64,000 nt of DNA from an uncultured bacterium (GTDB lineage Bacteria; Patescibacteriota; Saccharimonadia; UBA4664), in assembly GCA_963720265.1 (NCBI GenBank), contig CAVRET010000001.1:69916-133915 (forward strand). The letters are read 5' to 3'. Under the pieces are notes generated by a model. That model was not told where the DNA came from and ran no database searches. It saw only the letters and a program-made list of their open reading frames with translations. A program made the translations under genes and the position numbers. This document shows, piece after piece, positions 16,660-26,182 of the stretch; the stretch's first letter is position 1, and each line of letters begins with the position of its first letter.

Positions 16660-16704
16660 TGGGGGTAACGCCCAGATATGATAAAATAACCGGCAAAAGC
16701 ACTT

Positions 16705-17754
16705 ATGGCACTCTTACCAACCATCCATTTCATTCACGCTAAGGAAATCACGTCGCTGTCGCGAATCGCGACCCTGGCCTTTGGCAGCTTCGTATTGTCG
16801 ATGGTACTCGTGCCGCTGTATACGAAGTACGCGTTTAAGTACAAGCTGTGGAAACAACCTCGCGAGACTGCGGTGACCGGTGAGCAAGCGCCGATTTACC
16901 ATCAGCTCCACGCGGCCAAGCACAAGCGCAATATCCCGACCATGGGCGGAGTGGTAATGATAGTGACCGTAGCCGTCATAACGCTCTTGTTTAACTGGTC
17001 GCGCAATCAGACCTATTTGCCGCTGGCGATTTTGCTCGCGGCCGGGGCCGTAGGGTTGTTTGACGACTATCTCAATATCAACTCGCACGGCAGCGGTATG
17101 GCCGGCATGCGGGCGAAGCTCAAGTTTAGCCTGATACTCGGCATTGCAGTGCTTGGTGCGCTCTATTTTTCACTCAAACTCGGATACAGCATGATCCATG
17201 TGCCGGCAGTCGGGGACTTTAATATCGGATGGCTGTACATTCCGCTGTTTATCCTGGTGGTGGTGTCGACGGCCAATGCGGTTAACATTACTGATGGGTT
17301 GGACGGTTTGGCCGGTGGCTTGCTTACAACTGCGTTCGCGGTTTATGCAGCGATTGCGTATTTCCAGCACAACTTTGGCATTGCGGCGTTTTGTGCGGTG
17401 ATAGTAGGTTCGATGCTAACGTACACGTGGTTTAGCATTTATCCAATCCGGTTTTTTATGGGGGATACGGGCGCGTTTGCGTTTGGCACCACGCTGGGCG
17501 TGATAGCAATGCTCACGAATACGGTGTTTGTGCTGCCGATTATTGGGGCCGTGTTTGTGGTGGAAGCGGGCTCGAGTGCGTTGCAGATAGCATCGAAGAA
17601 ATTGTTTAAGCGCAAAATTTTCTTGAGCGCGCCGCTGCACCACCACCTGGAGGCGATTGGCTGGCCGGAACCCAAGGTGACGATGCGCCTGTGGGTGATT
17701 GGGCAAGTTGTCGGTGCGGTTGGGCTGGTGCTTGCTTTGATTGGGAACAAGTAA
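16705..17754 (+). CDS. mraY: Phospho-N-acetylmuramoyl-pentapeptide transferase MraY
   Basis: The protein is polytopic and contains the signatures NAVNITDGLDGLA and DTGAFAFG. Confidence 0.9.
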   Translation: MALLPTIHFIHAKEITSLSRIATLAFGSFVLSMVLVPLYTKYAFKYKLWKQPRETAVTGEQAPIYHQLHAAKHKRNIPTMGGVVMIVTVAVITLLFNWSRNQTYLPLAILLAAGAVGLFDDYLNINSHGSGMAGMRAKLKFSLILGIAVLGALYFSLKLGYSMIHVPAVGDFNIGWLYIPLFILVVVSTANAVNITDGLDGLAGGLLTTAFAVYAAIAYFQHNFGIAAFCAVIVGSMLTYTWFSIYPIRFFMGDTGAFAFGTTLGVIAMLTNTVFVLPIIGAVFVVEAGSSALQIASKKLFKRKIFLSAPLHHHLEAIGWPEPKVTMRLWVIGQVVGAVGLVLALIGNK

Positions 17755-17756
17755 AC

Positions 17757-19013
17757 ATGGCCAGAGGTGAGACCATGAATCCGCGCGCTCAGGCCAACTT
17801 GCAACGGCCGCACCACCCCGATTATGGCATTGCGGTGATTGTGACTATTCTGCTCGCTATCGGGCTCGTTATTATGTACTCGATTAGCCCGATTTTGAGC
17901 CACAAACTGTCGGCCAAGACGCCTGCCAGCTACTATTTTGTAAACCAGCTGCGGTACGTGATCTTAGGAGTAGTCTTGTGGATTGCGGCAACAGCGGTTC
18001 CGTATGTGCGGTGGCGCGAGTGGGCGCCGAAATTATTGGGGGTGGCCGTTATTCTGGTGGTGGCGTTGGTGGTACCCGGTATTGCACGCAGCTCGAATGG
18101 TGCAACGCGCTGGTTGCAGATTGGGCCGCTGACGATCCAGCCGGCCGAGATCCTGAAAGTGGCGCTCATTTTGTATTTGGCGGCGTGGTTTGAAAAGCGG
18201 GGTCGCGATCTGCAAAGTTTGTCGGCCGGAGTGACGCCGTTTCTGATTATGGTGGGGGTGGCCCTGTTTGCCGTAGTGGTATTGCAAAAAGATTTTGGCA
18301 CGGCCGTGGTGATTGCAGTGGCCATGATTGCGATGTATTTCACGGCCGGGCTGCGCTGGAGCCATTTTGCCGGCATCGTGATTGTAGCCGTAGTGGCCGG
18401 CGTTTTGACCGTGCTTCCGTTTGCACACCGGATGCAGCGTATCAACACCTTTTTGCATCTATCGTGTGACAACCTAGCGCAGCTTGCGACCAGCCCCGAT
18501 TATCATACCTGTCAGGCGCTGATCGCGGCCGGCTCGGGCGGTTTGTTTGGTCTGGGTCTCGGGCACAGTATTCAGGTCTATGGGTACTTGCCGGAGGCGG
18601 CTAATGACTCGATCTTTGCCATCATTGCCGAGGAGTTTGGCCTGTTTGGGTCGCTCGTGATTGTGGCGCTGTTTGGCCTTTTAGTATGGCGCGGTTTGCA
18701 AGTCGCAAGGACGGCGCCGGATATGTTTAGCCGGCTGGTAGCGACCGGGATTAGTATTTGGATGCTAGTGCAGGCACTGATTAACATTGCCGCCATGATT
18801 TCGCTTATCCCGCTAACGGGTATCCCGCTACCGTTTATTTCGTATGGGGGTACCAGTTTGGTCGTATCATTGTTTGGGATGGGTATTCTGCTTAACATTT
18901 CAAAATACACAGTAAGTGAGGCGTACGATGCGAATAGTCGTCAGCGGAGGGGGGACAGCCGGTCATATCTCGCCGGTCCTGGCAACCTGCGACGCGTTAA
19001 AATCGCTCGATAG
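17757..19013 (+). CDS. ftsW: SEDS-family peptidoglycan glycosyltransferase FtsW
   Basis: A ten-TM protein that matches the SEDS family (RWLQIGPLTIQPAEILKVALILY...PLPFISYGGTSL). The tracker start at 17691 overlaps mraY; the ATG at 17757 is preferred. Confidence 0.85.
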   Translation: MARGETMNPRAQANLQRPHHPDYGIAVIVTILLAIGLVIMYSISPILSHKLSAKTPASYYFVNQLRYVILGVVLWIAATAVPYVRWREWAPKLLGVAVILVVALVVPGIARSSNGATRWLQIGPLTIQPAEILKVALILYLAAWFEKRGRDLQSLSAGVTPFLIMVGVALFAVVVLQKDFGTAVVIAVAMIAMYFTAGLRWSHFAGIVIVAVVAGVLTVLPFAHRMQRINTFLHLSCDNLAQLATSPDYHTCQALIAAGSGGLFGLGLGHSIQVYGYLPEAANDSIFAIIAEEFGLFGSLVIVALFGLLVWRGLQVARTAPDMFSRLVATGISIWMLVQALINIAAMISLIPLTGIPLPFISYGGTSLVVSLFGMGILLNISKYTVSEAYDANSRQRRGDSRSYLAGPGNLRRVKIAR

Positions 19014-20124
19014 CTCAGCCGAGATCTTGTACGTCGGCCAGGGCGGGGGCATGGAAGTGCGCATTGTCACGACGGCGGGGTTGAAGTTTGCACCGATTAC
19101 GGCTGGCAAGTTCCGGCGCAACCAGGCCGATAGCAAGATTGCCAAGCTGCTCAACCCAGCGACGCTGGGCCCGAACGTGCGTGACATTGGTCGGACTGTG
19201 CAGGGGCTAGCGGGTGCTATGCGGATCTTGCATAAGTTTAAGCCGGATGTGGTATTGGCCAAGGGCGGGTTCGTGGCCTTTCCGGTCGGACTGGCGGCGC
19301 ACTACCTGCGCATCCCATTCGTGATTCACGAATCGGACGTCACGCCGGGGCTGGGTAGCCGGGTGTTGGGCAAATGGGCGGATAAAATCGCAGTGGGGTT
19401 TCCCGTGGCGAGCTATCACGATTTTGATCGCAGCCGGCTTGTGTTTACCGGCAATCCAGTGCGGCCGGAGCTGCTTACGGCACACCGGCTCGAAGGCATG
19501 ACGAAATTCAAGCTGGAAGAGAAGCTCCCGGTGGTTTTTGTGACCGGTGGTTCCGGCGGGGCGCGCCAAATTAATGAGGTCTTGGTGCGAGCATTGCCGC
19601 AGCTACTGGAGTTTTGCCAGGTTATACATCTGACCGGGGATCGCGATTACGAGCGGGTGCGGTTTGATTTATCGCGCTTGGACAAATTAAAGCATGCCGA
19701 GCGTTATCATCCCTATGGATTTTTGATGGCAGAAATGGGAATGGCCTTTGCTGCCGCTGATATTGTGATTGCGCGGGCTGGGGCAACGACGATTTCTGAG
19801 TTGGCAGCGCTGAGGAAGCCAACCGTACTAATACCGAACTACGAAATGGCCGGACATCAGGTTATGAACGCACGCCTATTAGCCAGAAGGGGAGCGGTGC
19901 GGGTGCTGGATGGTTCGAAATTGACTCCACAGATTTTGGCCGGGGAAGTGAAGCGTCTAGTAGGGGACGAAGACGAACAAAAACGCCTCAGCAAGGCAAT
20001 AGGAGAGTTGGCCAAGCCGGAGGCTGCCCGTGAGCTGGCCGAATTGGTACTCAAGGTTGGCAGTCATTCGACGAATGGGGCAGGGGAACGGGCGGAGGAT
20101 AGGCCCGAAGGAGTGGAGTCTTGA
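18928..20124 (+). CDS. murG: UDP-GlcNAc:undecaprenyl-PP-MurNAc-pentapeptide GlcNAc transferase MurG
   Basis: The N-terminal GGGTAGHISP motif and a GT28 C-terminal domain are present. The ATG at 18928 follows a GTGAGG RBS and overlaps the ftsW 3' end. Confidence 0.85.
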   Translation: MRIVVSGGGTAGHISPVLATCDALKSLDSSAEILYVGQGGGMEVRIVTTAGLKFAPITAGKFRRNQADSKIAKLLNPATLGPNVRDIGRTVQGLAGAMRILHKFKPDVVLAKGGFVAFPVGLAAHYLRIPFVIHESDVTPGLGSRVLGKWADKIAVGFPVASYHDFDRSRLVFTGNPVRPELLTAHRLEGMTKFKLEEKLPVVFVTGGSGGARQINEVLVRALPQLLEFCQVIHLTGDRDYERVRFDLSRLDKLKHAERYHPYGFLMAEMGMAFAAADIVIARAGATTISELAALRKPTVLIPNYEMAGHQVMNARLLARRGAVRVLDGSKLTPQILAGEVKRLVGDEDEQKRLSKAIGELAKPEAARELAELVLKVGSHSTNGAGERAEDRPEGVES

Positions 20125-20924
20125 ACGAGCGGAGAGTGCGGTCGGGTGGGCGCCAAATTTATACTACGCGGCCGCAGCCGGCAATGCGTCCGAGGCGGCA
20201 GAGCAGTAGGCCGAAGCTGAGCCGGATGCAATGGCGCGTGGTTGTGCTTATGGTGTTCGTGTTGTTGGTGCTGTTTGGTTTGTCGCAGGCATTTGCGGTA
20301 CGTAAGGTGACAGTACAGGCGCCCGGTAATGCAGCGAGCGTTCAGGCGACCGCGCAGAGCATTGTGCAGTCATCATTTTGGTCAGATAATTTGCTGACAT
20401 TTAACAGTGGGGCATTGTCGTCAAAGTTACAACAGGACGATCCGGCGATTAAAGCCGTGGTAGTCCGGCGCCAGTGGCCGCATGCGTTGGTGGTGGCCGT
20501 TACGATGCAGCTGCCGAGCCTTGGCTGGTCAACGGATGGACAAGAATACCTGCTCGACCGCGACGGAAGCGTGATTGGGCCGCTGCCCGGCGGTTCCACG
20601 TTGCCGGTCGTGACTGATAATAGTAACCTGCCCGTAACCGACGGCAAAGAGGTCGTGTCAGCGGTGTTCGTGGCCTTTGTGCAGGCGTTAGTGCCGGCCC
20701 TTTCGGCCAACGGCTACCAGGTGCAGGGCATGAGCATCCAGGATACGACATACGACCTGACGGTTAAGACAAATAAGGGCTACAATCTCATCTTTGACAC
20801 AACTCGCGGCGTGAGTAGTGAGATAGCGGACCTGCAGGCGGTGCAAAAGGTGCTGGTAGCGCAGAAGCAGACGCCGGCGAGTTATATCGACCTGAGGATT
20901 GCAGGCAAGGCGTACTATGAATGA
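20121..20924 (+). CDS. ftsQ: Cell division protein FtsQ/DivIB-like (TM plus POTRA)
   Basis: A basic N-terminus and a TM helix (VVVLMVFVLLVLFGL) precede a periplasmic POTRA-like domain. The start is uncertain: a TTG overlaps the murG stop, and an alternative ATG is at 20184. Confidence 0.6.
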   Translation: MNERRVRSGGRQIYTTRPQPAMRPRRQSSRPKLSRMQWRVVVLMVFVLLVLFGLSQAFAVRKVTVQAPGNAASVQATAQSIVQSSFWSDNLLTFNSGALSSKLQQDDPAIKAVVVRRQWPHALVVAVTMQLPSLGWSTDGQEYLLDRDGSVIGPLPGGSTLPVVTDNSNLPVTDGKEVVSAVFVAFVQALVPALSANGYQVQGMSIQDTTYDLTVKTNKGYNLIFDTTRGVSSEIADLQAVQKVLVAQKQTPASYIDLRIAGKAYYE

Positions 20925-20931
20925 TCACTTC

Positions 20932-20977
20932 CCTGTTCTAAGTTCGGTTTTTGTTTATTTAAAAACAGGTATTTTTG
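20932..20977 (+). terminator. Terminator-like hairpin plus T-run at the end of the dcw operon
   Basis: cctgtt pairs with aacagg, with internal ttttt/aaaaa pairing, and is followed by tatttttgtg. Confidence 0.4.
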
Positions 20978-21120
20978 TGAATTGTGCTTCCGTCCGGAAT
21001 TTTTCCGGCAGCGAGGAAGGGTGAAAAATAGGGGAATAGTGCGAAAAATAGTGAGCTAAATTTGATCCTTGAATTTGGCCTAGATTGATGGTTTTAGCGG
21101 TTTTTAGGAGGTTTGTGGCG

Positions 21121-21147
21121 TAAAATATACATTGTGCGACACAATGT
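21121..21147 (-). terminator. Hairpin (acattgtg-cga-cacaatgt) followed by a T-run on the - strand, downstream of the T4SS-like ATPase gene
   Basis: The 8-bp stem is seen directly. The - strand continues atatttta. Confidence 0.35.
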
Positions 21148-21239
21148 CGTTGTGCTTCTGGCCGACCTACGTATCGACTTTGTGCTAATTTGGACGTTCT
21201 ATGAGCGCTGGCGTGCTCTAACCGTGCTGTTTTGCGCTG

Positions 21240-24035
21240 TTAGCGAAAACTAATTGCTTCCCCCGGCGCAACCGTAGCCGTCTGGTGATGCGTAGCTGGT
21301 TGTGGCGGTTGTTGTACAGCGGTAGGCTGCGTGGCTTGGGCGGGTACAGCGGGTACAGCGGGTACAGCGGGTACAGCGGGTACAGCGGGCGTTGCGGCTG
21401 GTGTGCGGGCCGGGAACGGTCCAGCCGAAGCGGACGGGGGAATGTGCGCCTGTCCCCCGTTTCCTCTCCGTGCTTCTCCCCTGCTTGCGTTTTCGTGGCG
21501 CGAGTGGTCGCCGCCCGCCCTGCTTCCTTGTCGATCTCCTCCACTTCTATTGGCATTCCCCCGCTGCATGGTGGGTGGCAGGCCGGGATTTTTAAGACTA
21601 CCTAAAAATTCTTTGTTCGGGTTTTGTGTGCGTTCGGCGACTGCTTCAGCTTGAGCCTCTTCCTGTGTGGCAGTGCGTGAACGGATGTCGGCTTCAACCG
21701 CGTCGCGATGAGAGGCGTAATGTGCGCGCGACATTTCGATAATCTGAGGCGTGCGATCGTATTCGGGGTCGGGCATACGTAAGGTCGTGGCCGAGAACGG
21801 TGCGGCTTTTTCGCCATTGATAATCATGGAGATGAAAATGTTCTGGTTGTGGAGCTTGGTAAGGTCGGCAGCCTCGAATGTGGGCTCGTAGTATTTGCCC
21901 AGCACAACCGCATCGCCCGGTCCGATACGGAACGTGATCATGGTACCGACGTTACCAAAAACGGCGTCGCGCACGACTTCGGGCATCTGAGCGACGTACT
22001 GGTTGGCGACGGTCAGGTTAAGGCCATACTTGCGGGCCTCGGACAGGATAACGGCGAACGAATCGGTGGCGAAGTTTTGGAACTCATCGACGTACAAGTA
22101 GAAGGGCCGGCGTTGATCGAGTGGCATGTCTGCGCGGGACATGGCGGCGAGCTGGATCTTGGTGACCATAAGGGCGCCCAAAATAGCAGCGTTGTCCTCC
22201 CCCACTTGACCGCGGCTGAGGTTGACGATAAGGATTTTGCCTTGGTCCATGATTTCGCGAATGTTGAAGGCAGATTCTTTTTGGCCGATGATGTTGCGGA
22301 TGAGCGGGTTGGCCACAAAGGCGCCGACCTTGTTCAGTACAGGAGCGACCGCCTCAGAGGCGAACTTTTCGTTCCAGGAGGCAAATTCGGTGACCCAGAA
22401 GCTGCGCACCACCGGGTCTTGAATGTGGGCTATCACGCGCTTACGGAAGGCCTTTTCGTTGAGCAGGCGTGGAATGTCGATCATGGTGGCGCCGGGGAAA
22501 TCGAGCAAGGCGAGCGCGGTGTAGCGCAGGATGTACTCGAGACGCGGGCCCCAGGAGTTTTCGAACATACGCTTGAGCACGCCTACGAGCTCAGACGCGA
22601 TATGGTTTTTAACATCTTCATCAACGACTTCGAGCGGGTTGAAGGCCATGGGAAAGTTGCGATCGGTGGCGTTGAAGTAGACGACATCCTGGAGTCGATG
22701 CTCGGGGATATATTTCATGACATCGGTGGCGAGGTCGCCGTGAGGGTCGACAATGGCGAAGCCCTCGTCGTGATAAATGTCGGATAGTGTGAGGAGTTGG
22801 AGCAAAAACGATTTGCCGGCGCCGGTTTGACCAACGACGTACATGTGGCGGCCACGGTCGGACCGCTTGATGCCAAATTTGAGCTGACGGCCGCGGAAAT
22901 TGGACAACCCAAAAAGGCTCAGGGCGTCGGGCTCGGTGAGGCCCTCGGTCGGCACGTTAGCCGGTGGCTCGGAGGTTTTGGCCGTGGTCCAGGCCATGTT
23001 GGGCGTTTCGACAGATTTGTGCGGTAAGTGATAGAGCGAGGCCAGCTCCTCGATGTTTAAGGTGTAGCCGCGATCAAAGAACAGCCGGGCCTGATAATCT
23101 TGTAAAAATTCCGGAGAATTGTACATTTTGGCATTGGTGAAGCCATTTAAGTTGGTGGTGTTGAACTGCTTAAAGCCACCGACGAGAGCCTGCAGGCGCT
23201 GCCGGGCGGTGGCTTCATCCGGCCCCAGATAGGCGATGCGGATTTTTACTTGGTAGCCGAGTTTGGTCATTTTTTCCTCAACCGCCTTAATAACGGTTTG
23301 TTGGCCGGTTGAAAGCTCTACTTTGGGCGTTTCCTTTTTGGCTGCGTTGGCACTCGGCGGTGTGGCTAAGGCCTTAAACGCATTGGACAGGATATAAATC
23401 GGGATCTGAAGCATGATGTCCATGAAGCGCTTGGTCATATCGGGTGTACCACCGCCCTTAACACCCTCAATGTAGCGCTTGCCGTCGTCTTGCCATGAGT
23501 CGTCAACCGGCCGGGCCAAAATTTGGATCCACGCCTCCTCCCCCATTTGCTCGAGCTTGGCGAGCACGCCGGTAATGCCGGCGAGAGGATCGACCTCGAA
23601 GCTAGCGAAGGTCTTGATGGGTGTTACGGCGTCTTTGGTGAGGCCGAGTTCCGTGCCGTAAATCGTGCGGCCGGCCACATCGACCTGTGAGTAGTCGTCA
23701 GGGTTTTCCTTGATTTGGACTGTGGGATACTGAGCGTAAATTTGGCTCTCAACAAAGTCTTTGAGATGAGTTGGGGTCCAGACGTAAAACTGGATGGCGC
23801 CTTTTCTCGATACGATTTCGAACGAAACGTGCTCCTGGATGGCGCCCTCGCGCTGCAGCTCAGAATGCGGGCGCAAAATACCGTGCAAGGAGGCAAACAT
23901 CTGCTCGGCCGAAAGCTCTTTTTTCTCGTTGTCGCGTGGGACTTCGATGAGTAGTAGCACGTTGTCGACAGTCTCGACCCAGTGCTCACGGCGGCGGTTT
24001 TGCCAGACCAAATAACCAAGCACCGCCACCACCAC
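21240..24035 (-). CDS. Membrane-anchored FtsK/HerA-superfamily P-loop ATPase of the type IV secretion / conjugation type (VirB4/VirD4-TraD-like, DUF87 AAA-like domain) with a disordered Pro/Ala-rich C-terminal tail
   Basis: The protein is 931 aa with an N-terminal TM. It carries a Walker A motif (VVGQTGAGKSF) and a Walker B-like motif (FYLYVDEFQNF). The C-terminus has five PAV repeats encoded by a 9-bp tandem repeat. Confidence 0.55.
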   Translation of the reverse strand: MVVAVLGYLVWQNRRREHWVETVDNVLLLIEVPRDNEKKELSAEQMFASLHGILRPHSELQREGAIQEHVSFEIVSRKGAIQFYVWTPTHLKDFVESQIYAQYPTVQIKENPDDYSQVDVAGRTIYGTELGLTKDAVTPIKTFASFEVDPLAGITGVLAKLEQMGEEAWIQILARPVDDSWQDDGKRYIEGVKGGGTPDMTKRFMDIMLQIPIYILSNAFKALATPPSANAAKKETPKVELSTGQQTVIKAVEEKMTKLGYQVKIRIAYLGPDEATARQRLQALVGGFKQFNTTNLNGFTNAKMYNSPEFLQDYQARLFFDRGYTLNIEELASLYHLPHKSVETPNMAWTTAKTSEPPANVPTEGLTEPDALSLFGLSNFRGRQLKFGIKRSDRGRHMYVVGQTGAGKSFLLQLLTLSDIYHDEGFAIVDPHGDLATDVMKYIPEHRLQDVVYFNATDRNFPMAFNPLEVVDEDVKNHIASELVGVLKRMFENSWGPRLEYILRYTALALLDFPGATMIDIPRLLNEKAFRKRVIAHIQDPVVRSFWVTEFASWNEKFASEAVAPVLNKVGAFVANPLIRNIIGQKESAFNIREIMDQGKILIVNLSRGQVGEDNAAILGALMVTKIQLAAMSRADMPLDQRRPFYLYVDEFQNFATDSFAVILSEARKYGLNLTVANQYVAQMPEVVRDAVFGNVGTMITFRIGPGDAVVLGKYYEPTFEAADLTKLHNQNIFISMIINGEKAAPFSATTLRMPDPEYDRTPQIIEMSRAHYASHRDAVEADIRSRTATQEEAQAEAVAERTQNPNKEFLGSLKNPGLPPTMQRGNANRSGGDRQGSRAGGDHSRHENASRGEARRGNGGQAHIPPSASAGPFPARTPAATPAVPAVPAVPAVPAVPAQATQPTAVQQPPQPATHHQTATVAPGEAISFR
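21342..21386. repeat. Perfect 9-bp tandem repeat (gggtacagc x5) inside the 3' end of the ATPase gene, encoding (PAV)n
   Basis: Seen directly. A partial sixth copy lies upstream at 21314-21322. Confidence 0.9.
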
Positions 24036-24167
24036 GACCCAACCGTTGAATCGGAATAAAATGAGGCCGATAAGATCAAGGATAGCCGTAACTGGGCTCA
24101 GGAGACTTGAGATATTCGTAGTTGCCCTCCTCTGTGCGCTGTTATGTGGCGACTAAGTGGTACGCGA

Positions 24168-25211
24168 TTAGTCTTCTTTTAGTTTATACGTTGCTTTGGC
24201 CGTGCGCTGGAATTGGTCTTTTTCTTGCAGGTTGAGAATGATGGTGGTGGTTTTGACCTGGCGCTTAGCTAGCACGCGGCGGACGATCTCGTCCTTGTGC
24301 AGTGGCTGCTCACCACGAAGGATGTCAACAATGATGTCAGCTACGGTGCCGGGTGTGTAGCCCCATTCGGCAAGGGCGTAGATGCCGCGGCCGATAAGAA
24401 TAAAGCGCTGGTCTTTGATGAGCTCGTTGTGGACGGCCTGGACTGTCACATTGCGCTTGGTAGTGCCAAGGCCGCGCACGTGGGTCGCGATGTCGGAAAA
24501 GTGCAGCGGTCGGCCGTGACGTGACAGTACTAGGTAGGTCTTGTCACGGATGCTCTTGGGGTTGACCTCAGGCCAGCTTGTAAGCCCCCACTTGCCGTCA
24601 AAGTGGGCCAGGTGCTTAGAGGCACGCATGAGCTGCTCAAGCGTGATACTTTCAAGCTCGGACGGCAGTTTGGCTTTGAGCTTAGCGAGCGTCGGCGGTT
24701 TGCCGTAGTCTTTGATGGTTTTGATAATCTCGGCCAGCAGAGCCATAACGTTGGCGCGCGAGTAAATTGGGGCCAAAGTGATGGCTTGGCGAATGTCGTC
24801 GTCTTCTTCGATGAGCTCAACGCCTGGGGCTAGGAGCGCCAAGAATACGAGGTATGGGGTGTCGTTTGCCGGTGCGCCGACGGCGGCCGCCACGTCACTC
24901 GTGAGGGCTACACCGCCGGTCCCTGCTACGATGTCACGCAATAAAGCGTCGGCCCGAGCAATTTCGGCCGATTCGCTGGCCCGCATTTTGGCAATGGCGG
25001 CCTTTTCGATCTGGCGCACACGTTCGCGGGTGATATCAAAGTCGCTGCCGATCTTTTCGAGCGTTTGGCGACGGGTCAAACCAAAGCCAAACCGCCGCGC
25101 AATAATTTGGCGGTCACGATCCCTGCGCAACTCGGCCAGGATCTGGTTGGCGCTGGCTTTGTAGTCGTAGGTGGTGTTGGGTTTGGCTGTAGTTTCGTTT
25201 GTCATACTCAA
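24168..25211 (-). CDS. Putative transcriptional regulator with an N-terminal sigma-70 region-4-like HTH and a C-terminal winged-helix-like domain
   Basis: The N-terminal RRFGFGLTRRQTLEKIGSDFDITRERVRQIEKAAIAKMR matches sigma-70 region 4.2. No region 2 is present. The C-terminal HFSDIATHVRGLG...VTVQAVHNELIKDQRFILIGRGIYAL is wHTH-like. Confidence 0.5.
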   Translation of the reverse strand: MSMTNETTAKPNTTYDYKASANQILAELRRDRDRQIIARRFGFGLTRRQTLEKIGSDFDITRERVRQIEKAAIAKMRASESAEIARADALLRDIVAGTGGVALTSDVAAAVGAPANDTPYLVFLALLAPGVELIEEDDDIRQAITLAPIYSRANVMALLAEIIKTIKDYGKPPTLAKLKAKLPSELESITLEQLMRASKHLAHFDGKWGLTSWPEVNPKSIRDKTYLVLSRHGRPLHFSDIATHVRGLGTTKRNVTVQAVHNELIKDQRFILIGRGIYALAEWGYTPGTVADIIVDILRGEQPLHKDEIVRRVLAKRQVKTTTIILNLQEKDQFQRTAKATYKLKED

Positions 25212-25295
25212 AAAGTATAAAACATTATAGGAATAGTGTCAACAATATTGTGTACTCTTCACTCCCCCGCCCTATTGTTGTCTTGTGATGTAATA

Positions 25296-26168
25296 TTATA
25301 ACAAACCCGGCCGATTGTAAATGGCCTCGAGTTCTGGGCGCGCACTAGCTACAACACGGTTGGCATTGAGCCAACCCGCGACACTGCCTGAGTCGAGATA
25401 CTGTCCGTGGGCGCGCTGCACTACGACATCATGTTCCTTGGCGGCAGCTAATACACCGTCGGTAATTAAAAACTCTCTGGATTTCGGGTCGGTCTTTATA
25501 CGCGTAATATAGGGAATCATATCCGGCGACATAATGTATTTCGAAATGTTAATAACATTGGAGGGCTCGTCGCCGGGGGCTGGCTTTTCGACAAGGTCGC
25601 TGAGATAATCTACCCCTTCGTGCTCCCTAATGCCAAAGACACCGTATCTATGCAACTCGGCGACAGGACGTTCGAGGCCCATGAGGGCACCAAAGGCATT
25701 AGAACCGGTGAATGCTTCGACTAACACTTTCATATCTGAGCCGCCGTCAGCACGCCACAAGAAGTCATCCCCGGCGCAGACGACAATAGCTTCGTTTTTG
25801 GGCAGGTGCGGAATTGCTACACGGAGCGGGACGCCGCTGCCATAACCAGCACTCTCGGGCTGCTCCACGAACGTATAGGTAGCTTGTTCGTGAATGACCT
25901 TGAGTTTTGCCAGGGTGTCGTGTTTACCAAATCGCTCCAAGTGGCTCTCTAGGACTGTATTTCCGACGTAATAGTCTTGCAGACCGTGTGAGTTGGGGCG
26001 GATAACGAAGATAAAGTTATTGATGCCAGCTGCCAGACAGTCGCCTACCACATAGTCAATGACGGGACGGTCCAGTATGGGCAGCAGCTCTTTTTGAACC
26101 GCAGCCGTGACTGGCAACATGCGGCTGCCAAAACCGGAGGCAAAGATGACAGCGGTGGTTACTTTCAT
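25296..26168 (-). CDS. galU: UTP--glucose-1-phosphate uridylyltransferase (GalU-like)
   Basis: AVIFASGFGSRMLPVTAAVQKELLPILDRPVIDYVV corresponds to the GalU N-terminus. The VEKP and LITD motifs are present. The protein is 290 aa. Confidence 0.75.
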   Translation of the reverse strand: MKVTTAVIFASGFGSRMLPVTAAVQKELLPILDRPVIDYVVGDCLAAGINNFIFVIRPNSHGLQDYYVGNTVLESHLERFGKHDTLAKLKVIHEQATYTFVEQPESAGYGSGVPLRVAIPHLPKNEAIVVCAGDDFLWRADGGSDMKVLVEAFTGSNAFGALMGLERPVAELHRYGVFGIREHEGVDYLSDLVEKPAPGDEPSNVINISKYIMSPDMIPYITRIKTDPKSREFLITDGVLAAAKEHDVVVQRAHGQYLDSGSVAGWLNANRVVASARPELEAIYNRPGLL

Positions 26169-26182
26169 GGTAGGATCTCCTC

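Noticed and set aside
21849-22787. 312-aa ORF on the + strand inside the T4SS-like ATPase gene
   Set aside because: It is antisense to a gene with clear Walker motifs. The Gly/Asp/His-rich low-complexity translation is typical of spurious ORFs in GC-rich DNA.
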